Shown here one piece after another: positions 10,748-18,852 of a DNA stretch of 64,000 nt. Source of the DNA: an uncultured bacterium (GTDB taxonomy: Bacteria > Chlamydiota > Chlamydiia > Chlamydiales > JAAZZY01). Every line of letters starts with the position of its first letter. Position 1 is the first letter of the stretch. The notes beneath the pieces are model-generated. The model saw only the letters and a list, made by a program, of their open reading frames with translations. It was not told the origin of the DNA and did not search any database. The position numbers were made by a program, and so were the translations under genes. The DNA lies in the NCBI GenBank assembly GCA_964350945.1, contig CAYGLF010000001.1:176083-240082 (forward strand). The letters run 5' to 3'.

Positions 10748-12089
10748 TGTCTTGGTGTACCCCATCTATGACCGCTTCACAATAACCGTCTTTTAATATC
10801 AGCTTGACTCTTTGTTTTAAAGAAATCTTTTGGACAGATAATATAGCTGAATTTTGTTTTTCATCAAAGACAATACTGTAACCTTTGTCAAGAACTTTTT
10901 TAGGATCAATCGCCTTTAAATGAATAGAAACATTCTCAAATTTACGCTGAAAATTTTGTAAATTAGCCTGCATTTTATAATCAAATTTTTCCTGGATTTG
11001 TTTTAGGCGAAAACCCATTTTTTGAATATGAGATTCAGGACTGATAGCTTGAGCTCGCATCCACAAGCGCTGCAAGCGCTCTTTTCGTCTGTGGAGGCCC
11101 CCTTCCCATGCCCGCTCAATAAGAAGTTGCATTTCATCAACTCTTTGATCAAAAAAACGTAACATATTTTGAGGAGACTGCAAATGAGGGTTGTTTAAAA
11201 GTGCCGTTAACTTTTCACGTCTTGTTTTTAATGCTTGCCTTAGAAATTGATTGATCTGTGTTAAGGTATTACTTAAAAAGCGATCCGCTACTTGTTTTTC
11301 AGCTAAAACAAGCTCAGCTGCAGCTGAAGGAGTGGGTGCTCTAAGGTCAGCCACCAGATCAGCAAGTGTCGTATCGGTTTCATGGCCAATCGCCGACACA
11401 ACGGGGATATGACTTTTATGGATACTTTCAATGACACAGGGTTCATTAAAAGCCCACAAATCTTCAATGCTTCCCCCTCCTCGACCCACAATGATGACAT
11501 CAGCGAGCTGAAAGTGATTCATTTCATCTATTGCCTGGCTTATTTCTTCAGCCGCTCCCTGCCCTTGAACTTTGACTGGATTAAGTAAAACTCTAAATCC
11601 GTGAGCACGCCGGTTTAAAATTTGCAATATGTCAGAAATAACGGCCCCTGTTGGACTCGTTATAACTCCAATCGTCTTAGGAAAGGTGGGTAGTTTTTTC
11701 TTACAACTCGCCTCAAACCAGCCCATTTTCAAAAATTTCTCTTTGCGGTCATTTAAAAGTTTTAAAAGCTCACCGACCCCAGCAAGCTGTAAACTTCTCA
11801 CAATAATCTGATAGTTTCCCCGAGGAGGATAGACATTCAACTCACCGACAATTTCAACTTGATCTCCGTTTGCGGGGTCCACTCTGAGATGCCTTGCATC
11901 AGCTTGAAACATCGCACACTGCACTTGAGCGCGGCTGTCTTTCAGCGTAAAGTACAGGTGATTGGAGGCTTGGCGTTTGAAATTACTAATTTCTCCTCGC
12001 ACAACCACTTTTGGAAACTGCTTTTCCAAATGTAATTTGACAGCATGTGTCAGTTGACTGACTGTTAGTATGATGGGAGACGTAAACAT
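10722..12089 (-). CDS. xseA: exodeoxyribonuclease VII large subunit
   Basis: 455 aa. N-terminal OB-fold context (VVVRGEISNFKRQASNHLYFTLKD), then GVITSPTGAVISD, RGGGSIEDLWAFN, GHETDTTLADLVAD. Confidence 0.9.
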   Translation of the reverse strand: MFTSPIILTVSQLTHAVKLHLEKQFPKVVVRGEISNFKRQASNHLYFTLKDSRAQVQCAMFQADARHLRVDPANGDQVEIVGELNVYPPRGNYQIIVRSLQLAGVGELLKLLNDRKEKFLKMGWFEASCKKKLPTFPKTIGVITSPTGAVISDILQILNRRAHGFRVLLNPVKVQGQGAAEEISQAIDEMNHFQLADVIIVGRGGGSIEDLWAFNEPCVIESIHKSHIPVVSAIGHETDTTLADLVADLRAPTPSAAAELVLAEKQVADRFLSNTLTQINQFLRQALKTRREKLTALLNNPHLQSPQNMLRFFDQRVDEMQLLIERAWEGGLHRRKERLQRLWMRAQAISPESHIQKMGFRLKQIQEKFDYKMQANLQNFQRKFENVSIHLKAIDPKKVLDKGYSIVFDEKQNSAILSVQKISLKQRVKLILKDGYCEAVIDGVHQDNGRQRVKL

Positions 12090-12210
12090 ATTTTTTTATC
12101 TTAAAATAAGAGGCTAGCATAACAGTCACATTCTTTTTACCCTACAAAAAATCTTGAATTACACCATCACTTAGGCTATCCTTGGGCTCAGTTTTTTAAA
12201 GAGGTTTTTA

Positions 12211-12963
12211 ATGTCTAAAGAAGTTCGAATTGTGGCGAATTGGAAGATGAACAAAACCGTTGATGAATCGGTTGAGTTTATCCAAAAGCTACCGATCACA
12301 ACGTGCCTTGTCTTCATTGCCCCGCCTTTTCCCGCTCTCTATTCATGTGCTCAAAATAAGCCTGCCATGGCAAGTATTGGAGCGCAAAACATTCACTCGG
12401 AAGCTAATGGAGCCTTTACCGGAGAAGTTTCAGCCCATATGGTCAAAGAAGCCGGGGGTGACTTTGCAATCATTGGACACTCTGAAAGACGACGTATTTT
12501 TAAAGAGAGCAACTCCTTTATCAACCAAAAAGTGAAACAAGCTCTTTTAAATGATTTGATTCCAATCCTATGCATTGGAGAGACTGCCTCTGAAAGAGAA
12601 GACGGCAAGACCTTAGAAGTCTTAAAAAAGCAACTACTAGAAAGTCTCGCTGAAATCCCCCCTGAAAACATCTCTGAAATTACACTTGCGTATGAGCCGG
12701 TTTGGGCAATTGGAACGGGGCAAGCAGCGACAGCACAAATGACGCAAGAGACCCTCTTTAATCTTCGTAAGATCGTTCAAAATACATGGGGTGAAGAATG
12801 CGCTGAAGAGATCTTTATCTTATATGGAGGTTCTATCACTCCAGAAAATATCGAAGAATTTCTCCAAGAGCCTGATATTGATGGCGTCTTAATTGGAGGA
12901 GCTTCACTTGACCATAACTCTTTTTCAAAAATCATTCAAATCTCAGGAAATATTGTAAAATGA
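12211..12963 (+). CDS. tpiA: triosephosphate isomerase
   Basis: ANWKMN, IIGHSERR, AYEPVWAIGTG and LYGGS motifs. AGAGG lies 8 nt upstream of the ATG. Confidence 0.95.
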   Translation: MSKEVRIVANWKMNKTVDESVEFIQKLPITTCLVFIAPPFPALYSCAQNKPAMASIGAQNIHSEANGAFTGEVSAHMVKEAGGDFAIIGHSERRRIFKESNSFINQKVKQALLNDLIPILCIGETASEREDGKTLEVLKKQLLESLAEIPPENISEITLAYEPVWAIGTGQAATAQMTQETLFNLRKIVQNTWGEECAEEIFILYGGSITPENIEEFLQEPDIDGVLIGGASLDHNSFSKIIQISGNIVK

Positions 12964-13253
12964 CATTTATTTATTATTTTTTTATCGCTGTTTTTATGCT
13001 TCTATGCCTTATTTTGAGTACTGTAATTCTTATTCAGGAAAGTAAAAGCATGGGACTTGGAGCCTCCTTTGGCGGAGACTCATCAGATGCCCTCTTTGGC
13101 ACCTCAACCGCTCAGGTTTTAAAAAAAATGACAGCTGTTTTGGCCACTCTTTTTTTCGTCTCTTGCATTGCTCTTTCCATGTGGACTTCTAGTTTGGGGC
13201 GCCATAAAACGAGTTTACCAATGCCAGCAATAGAGCAGACACATGAAGCTTAA
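12960..13253 (+). CDS. secG: preprotein translocase subunit SecG
   Basis: 97 aa with two hydrophobic segments and a Gly-rich loop (GLGASFGGDSSDALFG). 4-nt overlap with tpiA. Confidence 0.7.
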   Translation: MTFIYYFFIAVFMLLCLILSTVILIQESKSMGLGASFGGDSSDALFGTSTAQVLKKMTAVLATLFFVSCIALSMWTSSLGRHKTSLPMPAIEQTHEA

Positions 13254-13785
13254 ACTTGCTTATTATAACCATCCTTGGCTTCGTAAAAAAGCAGAAGCAA
13301 ATACACCTATTAATGATGAAACAAAAGCTTTTGTCAAAGTCTTTTTAGAGCACTTTAAAGAGCCTGATCTTTTCTCGCCAGGCTCTATTCCTATCGGGCT
13401 TGCAGCAACTCAGGTGCATTCTAATCACCGCATTTTTGCAGTTTGCCCTCACCATATGGTTAATGACCGAGATAGCTACGGCCCTCCAGTTATTTTTATT
13501 AATCCAAAGCTATCAGAACCCTCCAATGATCTTTTAATCGCCGATGAAGGCTGCCTTTCATTCCCCGGATTATATCTACCGATTGCACGCCCCGAATCTA
13601 TTACAGTAGAATGGCAAGATGTTGAAGGAAATAATTTTAAAGAAAGGCTCTCTGGGTACTATGCGCGCCAGGTCATGCATGAGAATGACCATTTGAACGG
13701 TGTGCTCTTTATTGATCGAGTCTCAAAAAACATCCGAAAGCGTATCAAGTCCGACCTAGATCGGATGAAAAAGAAATACGCCTAA
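13243..13785 (+). CDS. def: peptide deformylase
   Basis: The three PDF motifs are present: GLAATQV, EGCLSFPG, HENDHLNG. Confidence 0.9.
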   Translation: MKLKLAYYNHPWLRKKAEANTPINDETKAFVKVFLEHFKEPDLFSPGSIPIGLAATQVHSNHRIFAVCPHHMVNDRDSYGPPVIFINPKLSEPSNDLLIADEGCLSFPGLYLPIARPESITVEWQDVEGNNFKERLSGYYARQVMHENDHLNGVLFIDRVSKNIRKRIKSDLDRMKKKYA

Positions 13786-13845
13786 TTCTCTTCCGATCAC
13801 AGCTTATTAGTTGCGAATAAATTCGCCTTCCCTCAAGTTATTTTT

Positions 13846-14526
13846 ATGAAAACTCTCATCGTCGTTCAGGCTCGTTTGGGGTCGCAAAGACTCCCAAAAA
13901 AAGTAATTCGCTCAATGCTAGGTAGGCCGATGCTCTACTATACGCTTTCTCGCCTGCAATTATTACAACATCGAGCAGAGCTTGTCGTGGCCACCACTAA
14001 AAAAGAAGAAGATGATGCCATCATCACTTTATGCAACCAGCTTAGCGTTGCCTTTTACCGTGGAGATGAACACCATGTTTTAAAACGCTTTTATCAGGTA
14101 GCTAAAGAATATAAAGCGAACACAATAGTTCGTATTACGGGAGACTGCCCTTTGGCAGATCCCCATTTGGTAGACCAAATGCTCACTCTGTTTTGCAAAA
14201 ACCCTCAGTGGGACTATCTTTCCAACACACAGCTACGAAGTTTCCCAAAGGGATTTGACATAGAAATTTTTAATTTCAAAACACTTAGAAATGCTTACAA
14301 GTATGCCCAGACCTCTTTCGAAAAAGAACACGTGACTCCCTGGATGACCTCTAAGAAGATGCCTATTAAGTGCCATAATATTGCTCAGCCTCAAGACGAC
14401 TCTCATTTTAATGTTTCCGTGGATACTGAGGAAGATTTTGTACGCGTTGAAAAAATTCTTCAAGAAATATACCCTAAAAATCCCCATTTTGGTTACAACG
14501 AAATCCTTGAACTTTTACACTCTTAA
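13846..14526 (+). CDS. SpsF/NeuA-like cytidylyltransferase (putative CMP-nonulosonate synthetase family)
   Basis: N-terminus MKTLIVVQARLGSQRLPKKV is typical of the acylneuraminate cytidylyltransferase / SpsF fold, followed by RITGDCPL. It lies immediately upstream of the NeuB-type gene. Confidence 0.7.
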   Translation: MKTLIVVQARLGSQRLPKKVIRSMLGRPMLYYTLSRLQLLQHRAELVVATTKKEEDDAIITLCNQLSVAFYRGDEHHVLKRFYQVAKEYKANTIVRITGDCPLADPHLVDQMLTLFCKNPQWDYLSNTQLRSFPKGFDIEIFNFKTLRNAYKYAQTSFEKEHVTPWMTSKKMPIKCHNIAQPQDDSHFNVSVDTEEDFVRVEKILQEIYPKNPHFGYNEILELLHS

Positions 14527-14543
14527 TGGAGAAGTGACCAAAC

Positions 14544-16061
14544 ATGCCCATTAGCTTAGAGCCTATTGATCCCTCCTATCAAAATTTAAAGCTGATGCAT
14601 TCTTGGCGCTTTGCCCCCGCTACCTGTCACTACTCTTTTGATTCTCATCAAAAATGCTTAGACCTTTTCTGTAAAGAATTCTTGGAAAAATATCACTCTA
14701 TCCCCTCTCTTTCTCCTTTATTCGTGATATATGAAAATCAAAAAGTTGGAGTTGTTTATTTTTCAAAATGGTTTAAAGAGGATGTTTGTGAACTTTCCAT
14801 CTATTTAGACCCTAAGCAACAAGCAAAAAGAATAGGCTCCAAGGCTCTTAAAAAGGCGCTAGAGATGCTTGTTAGATCTCCCCTTAGAGAGGTCATTGCT
14901 TTTTGCAAACCGACAAACACTCAAGCTTGCCATCTTTTTTTAAAAGCTGGTTTTGCAGGACCTTTAGATGTTCAAGTTCCAAAACATGGCTCTTTACACC
15001 CCGCAAAAAAGTTTACCTATTCTCTGATAGATTCTGCAAAAGAGCGCGTCTTTATCATAGGAGAAGCTGGGTCTAATTTTTCACTGGGAGACGCTTCAAG
15101 GAGCCTTTGTCTTGCCAAAACAATGATCGAAGAAGCCTACCTGGCCGGCTGCAATGCCGTTAAATTTCAGCTCTATCATAAGCAGCGTGTCTACGCTCCG
15201 AAGGCTGGAAGCCCAGGGTACCTCAATAAAGACATTCATGAGATTTTTTCTCAGTATGCCCTTCCTCCTGATTTTGTCCCATTACTTGCCCAACATGCAA
15301 ATTATGTGGGCATTGAGTTTATGTGTTCCTTTTTCTCCAAAGAAGATTTTAAAATCTTAGACCCTTACGTAAAGAGGCACAAAATAGCGTCTTATGAAAT
15401 TAGACATCTTCGGCTGATTGAGTGTGCAGCTCAATGCAAAAAGCCTCTTTATCTTTCAACAGGAGCCTCAACTCTAGAAGATATTCAATGGGCCATTGAA
15501 ACTTTTAAAAAATCGGGAGGCCAGGAGCTAACTCTTTTACACTGCACGGCTCAATACCCTGCAGCCAGCAACTCTTTAAACTTAAACTGCATCCCCTCTT
15601 TACGAAAGCAATTTCAACTTCCAATAGGCCTGTCAGACCATAGCGCGCACCCTCTCTATGCTCCTATTGCAGCCACTAGTTTAGGAGCGGTGGCAATTGA
15701 AAAACACTTTACCATTTGCTCTAAACTTCCGGGCCCCGATCATTTTTTTGCCATTGACTGCAAAGAACTTAAAGAAATGTGCCTTGCTATTCGTGAAACA
15801 GAGCAGATTCTTGGGGTTGCAAAAAAAGAAATTTTCCATCAAGAAGAAGAGTTAGCTCATTTTGCAAGACGAGGCCTGCAAGCAATTAGTAAAATAGCTG
15901 CAGGAGAAACACTTAAAGAAGATGGAAATATTGCAATTTTGAGACCTGGAAACAATCGCCTGGGCCTGCACCCTAAGTACCTTGAAGAGATGGTCGGAAA
16001 GGTCGCTACTCGAGACATTGTAAAAGGGCAAGGAATCCAATACCAAGATGTATTATGGTAA
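14544..16061 (+). CDS. fusion protein: N-terminal GNAT-like acetyltransferase domain + C-terminal NeuB/PseI/SpsE-type nonulosonic acid synthase with SAF domain
   Basis: aa 1-~165 look GNAT-like (VGVVYFSK...RIGSKALKKALEML...FLKAGF). From aa ~167 (nt ~15042) NeuB signatures appear: IIGEAGSNF...NAVKFQ, LLHCTAQYPA, GLSDHS, IEKHFT, and a C-terminal SAF-like ISKIAAGETLKEDGNIAILRPG. Confidence 0.75.
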   Translation: MPISLEPIDPSYQNLKLMHSWRFAPATCHYSFDSHQKCLDLFCKEFLEKYHSIPSLSPLFVIYENQKVGVVYFSKWFKEDVCELSIYLDPKQQAKRIGSKALKKALEMLVRSPLREVIAFCKPTNTQACHLFLKAGFAGPLDVQVPKHGSLHPAKKFTYSLIDSAKERVFIIGEAGSNFSLGDASRSLCLAKTMIEEAYLAGCNAVKFQLYHKQRVYAPKAGSPGYLNKDIHEIFSQYALPPDFVPLLAQHANYVGIEFMCSFFSKEDFKILDPYVKRHKIASYEIRHLRLIECAAQCKKPLYLSTGASTLEDIQWAIETFKKSGGQELTLLHCTAQYPAASNSLNLNCIPSLRKQFQLPIGLSDHSAHPLYAPIAATSLGAVAIEKHFTICSKLPGPDHFFAIDCKELKEMCLAIRETEQILGVAKKEIFHQEEELAHFARRGLQAISKIAAGETLKEDGNIAILRPGNNRLGLHPKYLEEMVGKVATRDIVKGQGIQYQDVLW

Positions 16062-16708
16062 AATTAAATTCGAACTTATCTCACTTATTTTTAGACTTAG
16101 ATGGCACACTAGTTAACAGCTTGCCTAAATTGCGACATATTTACCAAGACTTCCTCTCAGAACACCAGATTCAAGGCTCCGATGAGGAATTTTCACAGCT
16201 TAAAACCTCATCTATTGAAAAGTGCATTGAATACTTTAAGATTAAATACTCTCTCAACTACCCTCCACATAGCTTAAAAAAGAAATATGAACAATATCTG
16301 CAGAAATATTACCTAAGAGCTCCTCTATTTCAAGGGGTCAAAGAGTTCTTAAAAAAAGTTGAAGAAGAAGAAGGCATAACATTTATTTTAACCACTGCAA
16401 ATCAAAAAAAATCAGCAGATAAAATTCTTAAATTTCACAAAATAGCACATCATATTAAGGATATTTACACTCCAAACTGCTTCAATGTCCTGCAAAAAGA
16501 CGCTGAATTTTACCAGAAAGTCTTAGACCACCTTCAACTTAAACCTGAGAATGTTTTAGTGATCGACGATTCAATTGAAGCTGTTGCCTCCTCAACTGAG
16601 ATTGGCATGAATGCCCTTTTGTTTTCAAAAGTTCCAACTCACCCTCTGCCCAGCTTTGGCAGCTGGAAATATCTCTCAAAACTATGGCCCGCCTATGTCA
16701 CTCAATGA
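16055..16708 (+). CDS. HAD-superfamily phosphatase
   Basis: Motif I LFLDLDGTLVNS, motif II LTTAN, motif IV VIDDS. Overlaps the synthase gene by 7 nt. Confidence 0.7.
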   Translation: MVKLNSNLSHLFLDLDGTLVNSLPKLRHIYQDFLSEHQIQGSDEEFSQLKTSSIEKCIEYFKIKYSLNYPPHSLKKKYEQYLQKYYLRAPLFQGVKEFLKKVEEEEGITFILTTANQKKSADKILKFHKIAHHIKDIYTPNCFNVLQKDAEFYQKVLDHLQLKPENVLVIDDSIEAVASSTEIGMNALLFSKVPTHPLPSFGSWKYLSKLWPAYVTQ

Positions 16709-17390
16709 ATCTTTAAAGGTTAAAGCTCTCGATGCAAACTTTCGGGCTGTTTTAGAAAATAACCCCCATAACTTCTCTATTCCTGAAAAAATTGCCGATG
16801 AAATCTTTGAAAAAGCCTGTGAGGGGAAGCCTCTTTTTAATGGGACCTTAGTTTGTGTCAAAAACTTCTCTCCCCATCAAATTACGGGTTACACTATTAG
16901 CTTTAAAGAATTCCTAGCGTGCTACCACTTAGGCTATCGAGACATCCACCACCCTCTTGCTGTCAGTGGTTGGATTAGGCATCGTGATAAGATTCTATTT
17001 GGCGTCCGCTCAGAAAACGTACTGTTCTCTCCAAGAAGACTCGAACTGGTTCCTTCAGGAGGGGTTGATGAGTGTGCTCTTGAAAATAACGTGATTAACC
17101 TCCAGTATGCCTTGATTAATGAATTCGAACAAGAGACAGGTCTTTTATGTGATGTCATTGAAAAAGTTACCCCTGAAATTATTGTTTATTCTAAAGATCA
17201 AAAAATTTACGATATTTGCCAATCTATTACTTTAAAAGAAGATCTTGATATCTATTGTGATGCACTCAATGATGAATATAGCGATCTTTTTTGGGTTCCA
17301 AAAAACGAGTTAAAAACATTTGTAAATGACAATAGAAAAAAATTACACCCAACAAGTCTTGCAATAATTGAGTCAAAGATTTTATCCTAG
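16695..17390 (+). CDS. hypothetical protein, possible degenerate Nudix fold
   Basis: PSGGVDE...ALINEFEQETGL resembles a Nudix box (Gx5Ex7REUxEExGU), but the Arg and one Glu are replaced. Start is placed at MSLNESL (ATG 16695) to avoid a 98-nt overlap. Confidence 0.35.
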   Translation: MSLNESLKVKALDANFRAVLENNPHNFSIPEKIADEIFEKACEGKPLFNGTLVCVKNFSPHQITGYTISFKEFLACYHLGYRDIHHPLAVSGWIRHRDKILFGVRSENVLFSPRRLELVPSGGVDECALENNVINLQYALINEFEQETGLLCDVIEKVTPEIIVYSKDQKIYDICQSITLKEDLDIYCDALNDEYSDLFWVPKNELKTFVNDNRKKLHPTSLAIIESKILS

Positions 17391-17403
17391 AGCTCTAATA
17401 GTT

Positions 17404-17931
17404 ATGAATCCTCTTTTTGTTTTTATTCTTTTTTTTGTTTCCTTGCTGCTAACGGTCTGCTCTCCTGTTTTACTTCCATTTGTGAAAATCACTTATTTTG
17501 CTCCCTATCTTAGTTTGATGGCTCTTAAAGCAAGCCACACAAAAGCACTGTGGCACGCTTTTTTGATTGGTTTTATTTTAGACCTCTTGACTGCAAACAC
17601 CCCTTTTGGATTCTGGGTGATTAACTATATACTTACGCTGTACGCTCTCAACTTTCTCAAAAAACTTTTTTTCGAGGACCAGATAACGACACTGCCTTTG
17701 CTGTCCATTTTTTTTGCACAGATCTCGACCCTGCTCTATATGTTCTCAAATATTTTTTCCGCCAGAACCTTAGAGCTAAATGTTAAATGGGCTATGATTG
17801 AGCTAGGTCTTCTCCCCCTTGCTGATGGAATCTTTGCGCTCATTTTTTTCTCGCTTCCTCTCTATTATTTTCGGAGCTCTGTTCGAAAAACTCGAAAAGA
17901 TCCCTCGTCCTTTAGCATGGTTAAAGATTAG
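17404..17931 (+). CDS. polytopic membrane protein, MreD-like
   Basis: About 5 hydrophobic segments. Size and the 'AFLIGFILDLLT' segment resemble rod-shape protein MreD. ATG 17404 is preferred to TTG 17368. Confidence 0.35.
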   Translation: MNPLFVFILFFVSLLLTVCSPVLLPFVKITYFAPYLSLMALKASHTKALWHAFLIGFILDLLTANTPFGFWVINYILTLYALNFLKKLFFEDQITTLPLLSIFFAQISTLLYMFSNIFSARTLELNVKWAMIELGLLPLADGIFALIFFSLPLYYFRSSVRKTRKDPSSFSMVKD

Positions 17932-17997
17932 TTAGATTTGCCGTAGAAGTAAAAGACGTCTAGGATTAAAATGAGGCATGTACAACCCATCTTAACT

Positions 17998-18852
17998 ATG
18001 ATTATTGACGGAAAAAAAATAGCTCAAGAAATATTAGATTATGTTCATGGTCAGGTAAACTCTTTAAAGGGAAAACGCCTGCCAGGCTTAGCTTTTGTTT
18101 TAGTAGGCGACCATGCCCCTTCTAGGCTGTATGTCAAAATGAAGGAACGCGCTTGTCAAAAAGTGGGACTGATTACAAAAGGCCACTATCTGAAGCAAGA
18201 TGTCGAGCAATCAACTGTTTTAGCGCTTATCGACAAACTGAACCAAGACCCCTCTATTGATGGAATTTTAGTGCAGATGCCACTTCCAGAAAAACTGAAC
18301 TTGCAAAAGATTGTAGAATCGATTGATCCTAAAAAAGATGTCGATGGGCTACATCCCTTTAATGTTGGACGTCTACTACAAGGATACACTCCTTATTTTA
18401 TCCCATGCACTCCTCTTGGAATTCAGCAATTACTTATAAAATCAAAGATTCCAATTGCAGGACAACATATCGTTATTATGGGAAGAAGCAATTTGGTAGG
18501 AAAACCCTTAGCAGCTCTTTTGATACAAAAAAATAACCATGCGAATGCAACTGTGACTCTCGTGCACTCAAAAACTCCCCGCCTAGAACAGATCACTTCT
18601 CAGGCAGATATTTTGGTTGCGGCAATGGGGGTCGCTGAATTTGTTACAGTGCCTATGGTTAAAAAGGGTGCAACCATAATTGATGTCGGCATCAATCGAC
18701 TTGATAAAAAATTAGTTGGAGATGTTGCATTTGAAAGCGTCCGCTCTCACTGCAAGCATATTTCTCCGGTTCCTGGAGGAGTTGGGCCTATGACTATTGC
18801 GATGCTCATTTCTAATACACTAAAAAGCTATCAACAACGCGAGGATATTTAA
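17998..18852 (+). CDS. folD: bifunctional 5,10-methylene-THF dehydrogenase / methenyl-THF cyclohydrolase
   Basis: MIIDGKKIAQ start, YVKMKERAC, DGILVQMPLP, GRSNLVGKPLA, PVPGGVGPMTIAML. The upstream ATG at 17971 is an alternative start. Confidence 0.9.
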   Translation: MIIDGKKIAQEILDYVHGQVNSLKGKRLPGLAFVLVGDHAPSRLYVKMKERACQKVGLITKGHYLKQDVEQSTVLALIDKLNQDPSIDGILVQMPLPEKLNLQKIVESIDPKKDVDGLHPFNVGRLLQGYTPYFIPCTPLGIQQLLIKSKIPIAGQHIVIMGRSNLVGKPLAALLIQKNNHANATVTLVHSKTPRLEQITSQADILVAAMGVAEFVTVPMVKKGATIIDVGINRLDKKLVGDVAFESVRSHCKHISPVPGGVGPMTIAMLISNTLKSYQQREDI

